Shown: positions 50,139-64,000 of the stretch, piece after piece | Layout: every line of letters begins with the position of its first letter | How positions within the stretch are numbered: the stretch's first letter is position 1 | From: Malacoraja senta | Lineage: Eukaryota | Assembly: GCA_038087875.1 (NCBI GenBank) | Contig: CM075978.1 | Span: 100,502,001 to 100,566,000, forward strand | DNA: 64,000 nucleotides | Direction: 5' to 3' | Translations under genes and position numbers: made by a program | Notes under the pieces: generated by a model | The model's database searches: none | Told to the model about the DNA's origin: nothing | The model's input: the letters and a program-made list of their open reading frames with translations, nothing else

Positions 50139-50494
50139 TGACTATCAACACACATAAGGGCTTGTGTTCATATACAAAGCTGCCCTATGGTGTGAAATCC
50201 TCCCCGAAAATTTTTCAGTCTGTCATGGACCAAATATTTCAAGGCACTGTGTGTGCAACCAGGATGACCTACTGATATTCACAGAGGCATGGTAGAACAT
50301 CTGGAATTCCTCGAGCAAGTTCTCACACGACTGAACTGCCACAATGTCAATCTGCGTCGAAGTAAATGTGCATTTGCACAGTCCGAGGTGGTTTACCTTG
50401 GACTCAAAGTAGACGCCAACGGACTTCGCCCTGTGAAGGCGAAAGTGGAAGCAATAGTGAATGCTCCAAAACCCAACAATGTGTTAGAGCTACC
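50139..50494 (+). mobile_element. Continuation of the Gypsy RT after DIRS-B
   Basis: LTINTHKGLCSYTKLPYGVKSSPKIFQ follows directly from ...DKESQQY at 32610; then HLEFLEQVL...KCAF...VVYLG; truncated after KPNNVLEL. Confidence 0.9.
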
Positions 50495-50887
50495 AATATA
50501 CCCCAGCGGAGGAGACATGCCACCCAGATCAGACTTTTAAGTGTATAGATACTAGACCAAGTGGGACCCGCTGCGACTGGGGTGGGGGGGGGGGTGGACA
50601 GCCAGCAGCGTCACACACACACTAATCACCCCCGCACACACACACTAACCACCCCCCTTGATATTATATTAATATTATTCTTTCTTTTATTAGTTTTTAA
50701 AAAAACAATAACAAAAACAAAAAAATAATGATAAACATAACAATGATGTTGATACATAGGGATCAGGATTACACAGCGCGGAGCAGACCAATTTTGACAT
50801 CATCAGCAAAAGGCAGTCGTATTTAAATTCAAAGTTTTGTCACGACCCCCCCCACACACAAACCGCCCTACTTGATATTATATTAAT

Positions 50888-53800
50888 ATTTTACTTCGGA
50901 GTCACGTGAGTGACTACGTGAAGAAGACCCGTCAGGGCGCATGCGCGTCATTACGTCGGTCGCATAGGCGCAGACAGGCTGGGAGGAACAGAGTCCTCCA
51001 GCGGTAAGTTTGAAAAATCCTGCACGTAAGTTTAAACTTACTTTTCAGGTTGTCCGTTGCAGGAATCTCTTCTCGCAGGTTCCTGCTGGATATCGAATTG
51101 AGCATAACCCGATGGACCGCGGGGAAATTGTTGACCGCGGGGATGCCGGCTTCGGACCGTGGGAGTGCGGTAGCAGGCGGCCGGTGGGTTTTGCTGGTTG
51201 AGTCGCAGACAGAACGGTCCGCGACTCCCGAGGTTTAATTCGGGCCGCGGGGTTTTGTCGACCGCGGGTTATGCAAGCTACGGTCACTGCGGGTGGCTGT
51301 TGGGCTTATGGTTTCGAGTCGCTGACAGGCAGGTCAGCGACTCCCGAGATGTGTTTTAAATAAGGGCCGTGGGGTTTCTCTAGACCGCGGGGATACCGGC
51401 TATGGTCCATGGTAAAGTGAGGAGCCGGTGGCCGTCGGACTCCCGAGGGTGTTCGGGGTGCAGACTGAGCGTGGTCGTCGGGTTACTACACGACTCATTG
51501 AGGCAGGGACCCCGACTTTGGCAGCCCATATGAGTCTAAACTATGTGGAGCCTGGCCAGGAAGTTCCCCTCTGTTATATATGTATGTCCTCACACGTGTA
51601 TTATCCTGATAGGTGCGCCATATCAGGGCAGGTCATCAGGGGATTGCGGCAGCACCTGTGTTTTCAGGGCTGCTTACCAATTCCCTCAGTGGAGAGGAGT
51701 GTGTGGCTGACCCCAACTCCAACTCAGGAAGTGAGATTAGTGGTTTATCACCCTTATGTGTCTATGGCAGTAGCATTTTCTGCTAATTCTGTGGAGTTTC
51801 AGGTCTAAGTTCAAGCTGGCCTTCAAGGAGAATTTACAATTCACGCATCCCGGCAGTGCTGCCCTCCAAATTAAGGACGAACGCAATTTTGGGAAGCGTT
51901 CAAAAGGGTAGACATTATAGTTACCACTTGGTTACATTGTGATTATTATACCGAGGCAGATGATTATCATTTACTCAATTTAGGAAATGGGAAGCCTTGT
52001 TATTATCAGTCACCTGTGGGAGTTACACCAGGTGGCGTCATAGTAATTCTACTCATTAAAGGGACTGTGCACGTTTTCTTCCCCAAGATGCCGGATTATT
52101 CATATTAAAAGTGAATAAATCCCAGGTTTAACTGGGAAGGGCGTCTTCATTCACATAAATGTCTTTGCCTATGACAAATAACTGTTAAGTTTTGTTCCAG
52201 CATTTCCCACTATGTCTGATGTATGGGGGCCAGAGGCGCTCCAATTCTTCCCTGTAGACGGCGTTGGCATCGGGAAGGAGCACAATTTGGAGTCGCTAGT
52301 ACATGCAGCCTGTTTGGGGAAGGAGGATACCAACAGAGCATCGATTTGCATGGCTAGTCCTGGCGGCTGCTGTAGGCAGCGACCTGACAACCCCAACTCA
52401 GAGTGAGTGCCAAGCCTGGGGTATCAATGTCAGACAACAGTGCGTCTCGTTGCAATCCAACAATGCTCCATTGTAAGGCATGTCAGGCAGCAACACCTAG
52501 TAAAGGGTTGCAAAATTCCTCCCACTCAAGGGTCGGAGTGGTCGAGAGAGTGCTACAGGAGGATGCACATGTGCCTGAAGCAACACCTGTTTGCAGGGTT
52601 GCCATTTCCTCCCACTTGGTGCACCACAGTGGTCGAGATAGTGCTAAAATACATGCACACATGCCTGAGGTGACACCTAGTAAAGAGTTGCCAAAATTTC
52701 TCCCACTCAAATAGCGGAGTGGTCGAGAGAGTGCTACAGGAGTATGGCACATGGGCCTGAAGCAACACCTGTTTGCAGGGTTGCCATTACTCCCACTCGG
52801 TTCTCCGTAGTGGTCGAGATGGTGCTAAAATACATGCACACAGGCCTGGGGCAGCTCCTGTTGCAGGTTGCATAAGTCCTCCCACGTGGATGTATAGCGG
52901 ATGAAGATGGAGCCACACACATATACGATAAGATTGTGGGGAATGGTGTCGAACAACATGCTTGGTACAGAGGCATGTACAAGCAAATGGAGGAGATGGA
53001 TGGTGATACCTGCTTCAGCTTCGATTAGTCCCACTCTAAAAGAGTGTCTAATGTTAGTATGGATTAACTCCAAACAGGAATCCAAACATGGCTATGTGCC
53101 GGGATCCCATGCTGAATGCATAAGGCACGACGATCGCATGACGGAAAGCAGGGCGTTGCCTCTAAAATTGCTGCTGATTGCTGATCCATCCAGAGAAATC
53201 CAAATTAACACCTGACTATTTGGGTCACAATTGATTCAATTAAGTGACTCTGCCCAGGGAAAAAGGGTAGAGCTAATTGACAGCTGTATCAAGCTAATGG
53301 AGGCATTAAGGATACATTCGGGTCATTATAATAGACCTATGCAGTTATCAGTAAAGGCTATTTCTGATTTGCAATGGTGGATTGACCATGTGTCCAGGAG
53401 TTATAGCAAGGTAATGCTTGACCAGCCTTCCATGATTTTGCAGATGAATGTCAGTGCACTCGGGTGGGTGTCACGGATACGAGTTTCAGCTGTGGAGGCA
53501 GATGGACTGAGCAAGAGGCATCGCTTCTGCAGACATGGGCAATTAACTATTAAGAGGCTTATTGCTCTAACAAATGTAATCTGCATGTTCAGTTTCAGAT
53601 TGACAATACTACCCAAGTGGCATATATATTAATCACATCGGTGGAATCAAGTCGGTATTTTGTGACAGATTGGCTAATCAAATTTGGGGCCTGGTGCATT
53701 GAAAAAGATATTTCAGCTATTTATCTACCAGGTAGATTCTACATAGTAGCAGACGCCAAGTCACGAAAGTTCCATGACAACATAGATTGGATGTTGCACC

Positions 53801-55278
53801 AGGAGGTGTTCAATAATATAGTACTTATATATGAATGCCAGATATCGATTTGTTTTGCATCAAGGTTCAACCATCAGCAACATTGGGGTGGTATGTTTTA
53901 TATATTTTCCTACCATTTTTCCTAATAGGTCGGAGTCTGCAAGAAATCAAGCAGGATGCCGCTTTGGGGGTGCTTGTAATACCTAATTGAGCGAATCAAG
54001 CATGGTTCCCTTTGATGTTACAGTTAGGGATCCAACCTCTTTTTGGTGGTTCCCAAGCGTAGGAATTGACTGGAGCATCCGCTAACACGGGAAAGTCATC
54101 TGTTATGTCATTGTATTGACTTGTTAATTTGCAGGTTTTAAGAAGGCCATACCTGGAGCAAGGATTGTCTGGGTGAACGGTGGACATGCTCACTGTAGCC
54201 TGGAGAAAGAGTACTCAAAAGGGGTATATTACTTATGTAAAAAATGGGAGCAATATGGTGTACAAAATAATATTGACTATAGTACTGCAGGTATTGTGGA
54301 TATTTTAGAGTTCCTGTTGACACACTACGATGATGAGGGGCTCAGTTATAGCACCATTAATACAGCTTTAAGTGCTTTGTCATCGTATGGTTTTGATGGG
54401 GCAGGAAAGATCCTATTGAGTTTCATCATATCATAGCTGGATTGATGAAAGGAATTTCAACTCTAAACCTCCTAAACCCAGGTATATGTCGATCTGGGAT
54501 GTAAGTGTGGTCCTCAAGATGCTTCGACAGTAGGTTCCTGTCATGTCTCTGAATTTGCCAAACTAATCATGAAAGTGGTTATGCTCTTGGCATTGGTTCA
54601 GCATAGCAAGTGCAGATTTTGTAAAAACTTCTGCTGGACAGGATGGAAGTTGCTGAAGAGAATGTTATGTTATATAATTGCGTCCTGCTTAAGCAGAGCA
54701 GGCCAGGTGTAATCAGGTTTGTTAAAATTGTGTTTCAGCATAACCTACTGATCCATGTTTATGTGTAATGGCACATTTATTTTCATTATATTGAAGCTAT
54801 AAAGACCTTAAGAAATGTGGAAACAGCATTGTTTATCAGTTACATGAAGCCACACAGGAGAGTGTCAGTGCAGACTATCTCAAAGTGGTTTAAAGCAAAT
54901 GTTGATTAAGGCAGGTATTAACACTGAAGTGTATATATCCTTTTTCCTCTAGTGCAGCAGCAACGTCGTCGGCTAGGGCGATGGATGTTCACAGCGGCCA
55001 TATTTTTATAGGCGCCGGGTGGTCAAATGAATTATTTTTTTTTAATTTACCATCGGCCGATCGCTGACGGAGAGAGGCTGTTTGCAAATTCAGTATTAAT
55101 TTCTGTTTAGTTTCCCCTGGGATAGAGGGGTTACTGTTTTGATTATTCAAATCAATTGTTACTGCATGATATTCACATTTCATGTTTAACGCATTATTGA
55201 TTGTTTCTCATCGAAAGTCAATCAATGCAGTGAGGCCAGGATTTGGATCTGCAGCATAAAATCACAGAGCTTTGAACC
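50888..55278 (+). mobile_element. DIRS-C, degenerate, running into the assembly gap
   Basis: 5' terminus attttacttcggagtcacgtgagtga matches DIRS-A; RT/RH remnant at 53231 (LQWWI); YR remnant at 54170-55030 (GLSYSTINTA.SALS); ICR-adjacent sequence just before the Ns. Confidence 0.85.
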
Positions 55279-55478
55279 NNNNNNNNNNNNNNNNNNNNNN
55301 NNNNNNNNNNNNNNNNNNNNNNNNNNNNNNNNNNNNNNNNNNNNNNNNNNNNNNNNNNNNNNNNNNNNNNNNNNNNNNNNNNNNNNNNNNNNNNNNNNNN
55401 NNNNNNNNNNNNNNNNNNNNNNNNNNNNNNNNNNNNNNNNNNNNNNNNNNNNNNNNNNNNNNNNNNNNNNNNNNNNNN
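55279..55478. other. Assembly gap (200 N)
   Basis: Run of exactly 200 N. Confidence 1.
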
Positions 55479-58269
55479 TTTTCCTCCCACCCAAAAGACT
55501 ACCGGAGATGGTGTCACAAAATATGCTCGGTATTAGAGAAGCGTGCACAAACAGTTCAAGGCATATGGATATGGCAACACCTGATTCAGGGTGACATTTT
55601 TTCTCCCACTCCAAGAAAGTGTCAAAGGTCAGTACGGACTAACTCCATACATGAGCCCGAACATGACTATGTGCCGGGATCCCATGCTTTAATGCGTGAT
55701 GTACGTCAATCACATGAGGAAAAGCTGTGTACTCTTGCCTCTAAAATTGCTATTCCCTCGGGGATGGGCAAGCCACCATAAGAGAATTTGACCAGCGGCA
55801 TCATCTAGCTAACAGAAATGACAAGCATGATGGCAGGGTCTGCAAATAGAACTTTGCTGAAGCTCCTACAAAGGAAATCGACCTGAGGTTAAGAGACGCT
55901 GGTAAGTAAGGTCTTGTTATTAATCTCCGTAAACTCCGAAATGGAGCAGTCTGTCGGCCCAGCTTGGTTTACTGCCAGCATGGGCTGTCTAGTCAGGTTT
56001 TCACGTTCTCTGGGATAAGATCAGGTTGATGTAGAGACATTAGCAAGGTGCTTTACACAGTAACCTCTGTAAGTTCCTAGTAGGAACAGTTTGGTTATCC
56101 TGGATCAGGTTAGACCATCACGAAACTGGCTGGCCATATGAGTCATATTGACCAGAGAAGTACTGCTTCATCATCTATGAGAGGTTATCAGACTGGTCAA
56201 TATAATAAAGTAGTTGAAGTTTTTTCTCAACATATGGTTTATTTCTCTTCAGTTAGCAGAGTTACTGGTTCATTGGAATCATCATTGCCATCCTCTCTGG
56301 GACAGGTAGTTACCAATAAAAAGCTCATCTGGCATATATTATAACTTTATCTGACCTGCAGGTTCATGCTGTGAATCAACAATGTATTCATAATAACCCC
56401 TAGGTTCTCTATACCACTATTTCTGATTGAGTGTTGGGTCGAAGAGATTGTGTTATGCACTCTAGAGACTTAGACATGTGGTCTCAGTCAAAGGACTGCG
56501 AGGTATTCCTGATTCAGCCTTGCATTATACTAATCACCACTCTGAAGGAAAACGCTACGTATTTATGTTGACTCTTAAGTCAAGACTTGACGGGGAACTA
56601 GTATTCCCATTTCTAAGGGAGACTGTGGTTTCAGCTCTGGTTATTAGCTGCTGCTTATATATTATCAGCGATATGTATGAATAACTAGATAATGCATCTT
56701 CCGCCGGTAGGAAAGCCAAAAAAAATTCCGTCCGTAGGATCAACGGAGGAACTGCGGTTCCAAGTGCAATCAGTGACAACTCATCCGAGGATGTGTGGTC
56801 TGACCAAGGACTAGAGGGGTATATTTCTCAAGATTACAGAAATATGGTGCAGGCTGAATCGGGTTAGCATTAGGCTAATCAAATTGGGGGTTTACTTACC
56901 CAGTTTAAGATGGATGATTGGGTGTCTGCAATTTAACTGACTCAGAGAATCGATCTTGTAGATGCATACTCTGTCATATCTATACACATAAGGCACAGTT
57001 TCTGCTGTTTAATAACAAAGCTAGTGGTGAAAGCCTATGCTGCCCTTCTCAGATTAAGGGCGTTATGTCATTGAGTTTTAGGTACTATGCAAAATTGCAA
57101 ATGATAAATCTTATGGGTTGTCGGTAGATGTCTTTGGTGATATTACATTTAAGGCAACATGGAATTTAACAGTACCAATTTGCCTATTCAGTCACGCCAT
57201 GATAGGCGGCTGAAGCAACTCTTATTTACTCATTCACGTGTGATGGCTGGAACAGCCTGTCTTCTCGGCCAGCTAGCTCTGCACGATTGTATGAGAAGCT
57301 TGTGAACAACATATGTGAGTCAATTCTATACGGAAGTAACAAAGGTTGTGTGGCTTCCAGTTTGAGCCTAGAGAAACTTTGTGGGACAGCACAATTGACA
57401 ATTCCTGTGCTGCTTTACCATTTCTGCAATACCATAAGTGGGACATAAATGATTGGTTCTTCACCCACTGTTCTCTAACGTAATGCAGTGTGTCTTTTGT
57501 TTGACCACTCTAATAGCCTACACTCATTGTAGTGTGCGTTGTATATCAGTAATTTGTTATGCAAATATTCCTCAAAATTTTCCTAATGGAACCAGTATCT
57601 TGAGATGATTATGCTTTAAGCAGCTGATCTCAGCATAAAGAACACAGCCTTGCTCAATCTCTGGCTTAGTCTCCACGTCATACTGACATTAGGGTAGCTT
57701 GTTATAGATATAATCTCATAAGCAAATGAGCAGGATTGTGTGCATTTGAGGTTGACAGCATACCCACCACAGCAGAGATCAGGGATGTCATTGGGTATAC
57801 AAGTGCACTCAGTTGCTGGTGCCTATGATATGGAAGATAGTTCTTTTCTTTCAATACTCTCAAGATATTGCTGATGGCTCATTAGCAGCCAATACAATGG
57901 GTTTCCCTTTCATCATACAGCATGAGGTTTACATAATGCAGCTTAATAAATTACAAAATTTGGTGGAATATGTCTGGATGTTTGCAGATAGAATTATGCA
58001 CATTGTTGCATAAGTTATTGTCTAACTCAACAGTCTATTGGGACTACAGGCCAGTTTAGAGCAATGGCCATGCATGCAAGTTAGCATCGTGATATTAATA
58101 ACTCATGTTTTCCTGCCATTAATGGTTTATCTGTTTTAGTGTTTCACACACAGATTATGTCACTGTATGAAACCACAGAGCTTTGAAATCTTCACGTAGT
58201 CACTCATGTGACTTTGAAATAAAATAGAAAGATTAAACGAGAACTTACCGTTTGAAGTTTGATCTTTAT

Positions 58270-61200
58270 GGACTTCCGGTGGTGCCATGTTACACTAACA
58301 GACGCACACCTAGCTCCGCTCCCGAAAAAGTAGTGATTTTTTGCGTTAAAACGGGTCTAGAGATCGAGAGATTCAAGAGATTCCTTTATTTGTCATTCAG
58401 ACCTTTCGGTCTGAACGAAATTTCGTTGCCTGCAGTCATACATATAATAATAAATAACAAAACACGCAATAAACACAAATTAACATCCACCACAGTGAGT
58501 TCACCAGGCACCTCCTCACTGTGATGGAGGCAAAAGTCTTAAAGTCTCTGTCTCTTCCCGCTTTGTTCTTCCTCTGCGCCGAGGCGATCCAGGCTTCTGA
58601 TGTTGTGATCCCGCCGGGTGATGGTAAGTCAATCCCGCGGATGAATCCGTGCTCGGCGACGGGCCGGTTCAAACTCCGCGGCCCGGGGCGGTCGAAGCTG
58701 CCGCCCTCCAGTCCAGCGGACACAGCTGTAGTTGCAGGAGCTCCAGAAAAACAGGTCACCCACCTGTGACCTGCAAGCTCCCGACGATGTCGTCCATCGG
58801 ACCCGCGGACGAGGCTCCGGATTCCGGTCGCCACCAGTGTCCTCGGTCGCCACCGCCGGAACGCCACTGCAGCCCCGAAGCCGGCCAGCCCCACGCTGGT
58901 AAGTCCTGGCTCTGCCTCTGGAGCCTCGAGGTCGGTCGCTCGCAGTTGGAGTTGGAGGCCGGCAGCTCCGCCATTAGGCCTCGGCGCAGACGGAGGCAGA
59001 GAAGGGGGATATGACAAGAAAAAGTCGCATTCCCCCGAAGGAAGAGACAAAAATCATGTTTCACCCCCCCCCCCACCCACCCCACACGTACACAACCCAA
59101 TAAACTAAAATTTAACTAAAACAGGACAAAAGAAAACAACAAAAAAAGTAAAAACAGACGGACTGCAGGCGAGCCGCTGCTGTTCGACAGCGCCGCCACT
59201 TCGGTGCAGGTCGGGTCTACAGGTCGGGACCGATTTAAAAACCTTACCGGAGCTTCTGGTCGTCGCGCTGATGACATCATCAGTAAGCGCGATGAAATAA
59301 ACGGTGGTTTAAGGACTTTTAAATGAAAAAACTGTCTCCAGCTCAGAGTCCTCAGAGAACAGTTACAAGACAGCTGCTGAAAAGCCTGAAGAATCCTGAA
59401 GAAGTTACCTCTGAAGGGGTCCCTGAAGTGGCTGCAGAAATGCTTACAAGATCCAAGACAGATCTGGCTAAGGATAAAGATAAAGAATTTGAGGATTTGA
59501 AGAAATCAGTGAGAGATATAAAAGATGAAATTTTGGATGAAAATAAAATTATGATGGGAAAAATGATGGAAAAAATCGAAAAGATGATGGAGAATACGAG
59601 TGCTGGTAATCAGAAAGTTATTGATTTAATTGGCACTATAAACAAACGAATTGATGATGTGAAAGGAGAATTATCGGGGAGAATTGATAAGATGGAAGAA
59701 GCTACCACGGACAGGTTCACGGCTGTGCTTGAAACAGTGGCTGCAAGTATGTCTACAATCATGGAAATGGAGAGAAATATGGCTCGGCTGAAGACATGGA
59801 GAGAATGAGGCAAGAACATGAGCAAACTACAGGACAGATGGCGACTCATCTGGGGAAAGTTTCAGACAAATGCCTGGACCTGGAAGCTCGTTCAAGACGC
59901 CAGAATTTAAGAATTCTTGGAGTCTCAGAGGGAGCTGAGGGAAGGGACATTCGTGAGTTTGCTATGGGCTTATTCAAACAACTGCTTAATCTCCCCAAGG
60001 AATCGAAAATTGGCACATCGAGTACCGAGATTTAAACCAAGATCACAATAAAGACCAGACCTCCCACGACAGATTATTGTGAAATTTCGGGACATTTCAG
60101 AACTTGAAGAGGTGATGAGTGAAATCAAATATGGAATGCAACTGAGGCTTGATAACGACTCTATCAAAATATTCAGGGACTATCCGTATGAAATTGTGCA
60201 AAAGAGAAATCAGTTCACAAAGGCAAAAGAAATTCTTAAGGGAATTCAAGATGTTAGATATGGTGTATTTTACCCGGCTAGGATGCGCACAAATATGCCC
60301 AGAGCATCGTGGAAAAGTAGCGGGAATATATGGATGGTATGGACAAACTTTTTTTATTATTATTCCACAGTTAATGGCGGATCTGAAGCGAAGAAACGGT
60401 TCTTGTAGTGTTTTAAAAAAAAAACTTATTTGAAGAATGCTTCTAGCTGGGGATGTATAGACTTTTTATCTGTGGAATTTTAATTCAAGGACATTCTGTG
60501 TTCCAAACGAAGCAAATAGCGGATAACAGAGGATCATCGAGCCGAAGAGAGTGGATTATACCAGAAGCATTAATTGTTTAAGAGATTAAAATACTAATTT
60601 AAATTGTAAAGAACTAATCCTATTAATAATTTAACAATTTAACAATATTAATACAGAAATAGTAACGGACGCTAACAAGAAAAAAACAATGTATGAATTA
60701 ACACAAATTCTCACTAAATCTAAGCCTTATCTATAATTGGGTGGAGGGGAGGAGAAACGAGCACCTGGCTTAGATCCAGGAGCATGTTTCACGTTAACCC
60801 CTTCAACCAACAGTTGATTATTATTGAAGTTAAAATCATTCGTTTAACAATTAGTAGATAAAATTGTTATATATATATGATATGTTATAACAAAATATAT
60901 AGGGTAAATCTGTATTATATATCTGATTGCGAGGTCCCGTCCCATTATGTTATGAGTAATCAAGGGAGCGGAGCTAATTGTTTAACATCGACAATGGAAG
61001 GTTTTCTCCCACCTACAGGTGGGCCACTTGTTATAGTGTCGACAATTTTAGACACAGTATTTTCACTTTTTCAATTTTTTTTTAATTGTCACATCAAGTC
61101 ACTTGTTCGTGTTTTTTGTTCAGCGATAAGTGTAAAAGGGATATGCCAACTAAACTTAGTAACGCAAAGGTTCCCTCAATACCCAAAGACCTGAGGAATG

Positions 61201-64000
61201 GATGCACCGTAAGATTTAAAGGTATTATAACTATTCAAAATGCAAGACGTTAAACAAAAGAAACTAGGAGGAGTCACATTCTGCAGTTGGAATATAAGAG
61301 GTGTTAATGAACCTATTAAAAGGGGTAAGATATTAGCTCAGCTGAAATTGTACAATACTGACATCATTTTTCTACAAGAAACCCATCTAAAATCCCAGGA
61401 TCAGGCTAGATTGAGGGCGAATTTGATAGGTCAAATATATCATTCTTCATATACTTCGAAATCTAGAGGTACGTCGATCATTATTCGAAAAGGCATACCA
61501 TTCAAAGCAAAGAATACCATAACAGATAAGGAAGGGAGATATTTGATAGTTACCGGAGAGATTCACGCTACCCCAATTACCTTGGTAAATATATACACGC
61601 CTAACTTTGATAATCCTCATTTTTTCAATACAATTCTGAACATAATCGCAGAATCTAATTACCAAAATGTTATAATAGGAGGAGACTTTAACTGTGTTTT
61701 AGATCCGTATTTAGATAAATCTAGCCAAAAACAGAGAGTTAATACAAAATCTAAAACTAGTGAACTCTTAAATACTTACATAAATAATACCAGTATAACA
61801 GATGTTTGGAGAATTGCTAATCCGACTGGCAGGGAATACTCGTTTTATTCAATGGTACACAAAACATACTCACGTATAGATTATTTCCTGGTGGATACAA
61901 AATTAATCCTTCACACTGTGAACCCAATGTACCATACCAACTCGATTTCAGACCATTCACCGCTATCTTTTTAAAACTGGAAGGAATGTCCAAGAACAAA
62001 TCGTTTTGGAGGTACAATTCTCAAATCCTAAAAGACCCGCAAGGGAGTATATATCTAAAAAAACAAATGGACGTCTTTTTTGAAATAAATGACACTCCAG
62101 ATATATCGCCTACTTTACTATGGGAATCTTTTAAAGCATTTTTATGAGGTGTTATAATCTCATACCAAGCTTTTCAAAATAAAAAGAATAAGAATGAACA
62201 AAGACAGTTAGAAGAACAAATTAGACAACTGGATATAGATAATGCTAAAGATCCATCTATGGATAAACATAATAAAATAATAATTCTGAAATTTAAATTA
62301 AATAAATTATTATCAGCCAAACTTATAAGACTTTTCCAAATTACAAGACAGGAACACTTTGAATTTGGGGATAAACCACACAAACTTTTGGCTCGTCAGC
62401 TAAAAAAAACGAGAAAAAGAACACACGATTCAAAAGATTAAATCAGATAGAGGGGAATCATTAACTTTACCGAATGATATTAATAAAAGATTTGCGCAAT
62501 TTTATGAGAATTTGTACACATCCAAAACGACAATGGACACCAATAAAATTACAGAGTTCTTGGATAACTGTAATCTTCCAAAGTTAGTTGAAGGAACAAG
62601 AGGAATTGGGTGCACAAATCTCAATCAAGGAATTAGAAGACACAATAAATTCATTAAAGAATGGAAAAACTCCAGGTCCTAATGAATTTTATAAAAGTTT
62701 TCATGACAAAATTATATCACGGTTACAAAAAATGTATCAATATGCCTTTAAAGAACAAATATTACCTGATACATTAGCTGAATCAACGATCACATTAATA
62801 CTCAAAAAAGACAAAGATATAGAAGAACCGGGTTCTTATAGAGCTATAGCATTGTTAAATACAGATAAAAAAATATTAGCGAAAACATTAGCTAGAAGAT
62901 TAAGTAAATATATTAGTAAATTAATAAACCCAGATCAAACGGGGTTTATCCCTAAGAGACATTCATCTAATAATATGAGACGGCTACCCAATATAATGCA
63001 CTCACACAAAATCGAAGAACAAGAATTATCAATTATTTCATTGGACGCTGAAAAAGCATTTGATCAAGTAGAATGGAATTATATGGATAAAGTATTACAA
63101 AAATTCCAATTGGGAGAGAATTTTATTCTATGCATTAAATTATTATATAATAAGCCTACAGCTAGAATATTAACTAATAACATATTATCTTCGAAATTCC
63201 AATTATCAAGGGGTAACAGACAAGGATGCTCATTAACACCGCAGTTATTTGCTCTTATAATTGAACCTTTAGCGGAAAAGATTAGAACACATCCAGATAT
63301 CCATGGCTATAACACTAAATATTCAAATAATAAAATATCGTTATACGCGGATGATATATTATTGTACATCACAAAACCTCAAATTACTATACCAAACATA
63401 CTAAATCTAATTGAGGATTTTGGATCCTTTTCTGGATACAGAATAAATTGGAATAAAAGTGAAATTATGTCAATAAAACCGAAAGACTCAACACATCTCT
63501 TAAAATTCTCTTTTAAAATAGCTACAGAAAAATTTAAATACTTGGGTATTGAAATTACCAGAACATATCAAGGCATATTCAAAGCAAATTATAATCCTCT
63601 ACTTAATAAATTAAATACATTAATTAAATTCTGGAAAACGCTTCCGATGTCTTTAATAGGCCGAATAAATGCAATAAAAATGATCTTTTTACCACAAATT
63701 CTATACCTATTTCAATCAATTCCCATATATTTACCAAAGAAGTTTAAAAAAAAATTGGATTCAGACATTACAAATTTTATATGGGATTATAAATCCCATA
63801 GAATACAAAGAACACATTTGAACAAAGCTAAAGTATTAGGGGGCTTAGCACTCCCTAACTTTATGTACTATTATTGGTCAGTAAAAAATTATGATTCAAC
63901 TGATGGACAACTCTGCCCAGCAGGTGGACTGGATTATAATGGAGAGAGAAGACTGCTCCTCTTGTAATATTGGAGCGATCCTCCTCTCACCAATGAATCT
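58270..64000 (+). mobile_element. L1-clade LINE (duplicate of 32874-46225), runs off the window end
   Basis: ORF1 59323-60400; ORF2 from 61240 (SWNIRG, LQETH) and 62588-63967 (RT); frameshifts present. Confidence 0.93.
58360..59211 (-). mobile_element. 852-bp GC-rich non-coding element with 8-bp TSD in the L1 5' UTR
   Basis: TSD cgggtcta at 58352-58359 and 59212-59219; empty site at about 46135 in the left arm; aataaa plus (gaatctc)-type tail. Confidence 0.85.

Larger units (their letters stand above)
55479..64000. repeat. Right arm of a large inverted duplication of about 34.3-48.33 kb
   Basis: 55479 mirrors 48332 and 58270 mirrors 46225 (same L1/DIRS junction); ORFs duplicated on opposite strands (46482/57813, 47031/57273, 47368/56918, 48030/55272). 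Confidence 0.95.

Noticed and set aside
52024-52038. CTCF-like acaccaggtggcgt in DIRS-C (and its mirror near 49085)
   Set aside because: Mismatch at the first core C and located within degenerate repeat copies; too weak to call.
55218-55781. ORFs spanning the N run
   Set aside because: Artefacts of translating through the assembly gap.

Overview
Vertebrate genomic DNA, most likely a cartilaginous fish (skate/ray; inferred from its tRNA-SINE, Penelope and CR1 repeat set). The only host gene is a + strand immunoglobulin-superfamily gene at about 5.4-22.35 kb, which I assembled by hand from splice sites and intron phases. It has four tandem V-set exons, each with its own germline-fused J-like strand (C-x-x-W-x-x-I-[F/R/Y]-G-x-G-T-Q-L-x-V-T), an uncharged transmembrane exon, and three cytoplasmic exons carrying AVYSTV, an ITIM (VLYADI) and an ITSM (TEYAAI). 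All phases are compatible: 1752 nt from the split Gly codon to TAG, i.e. 583 aa plus leader. This predicts a non-rearranging, antigen-receptor-like V4 inhibitory receptor with no C domain; its leader exon is unresolved. The rest is transposon-derived: a full-length degenerate DIRS element head-to-head with the gene, intronic CR1/SINE/Penelope elements with hammerhead-ribozyme cores, a 4.4-kb 48-bp satellite with a 1386-bp higher-order repeat, a four-level nest (Gypsy > DIRS > L1 > BEL/Pao and twin-primed L1), a third DIRS, a 200-N gap, and a large inverted duplication starting exactly at that gap.
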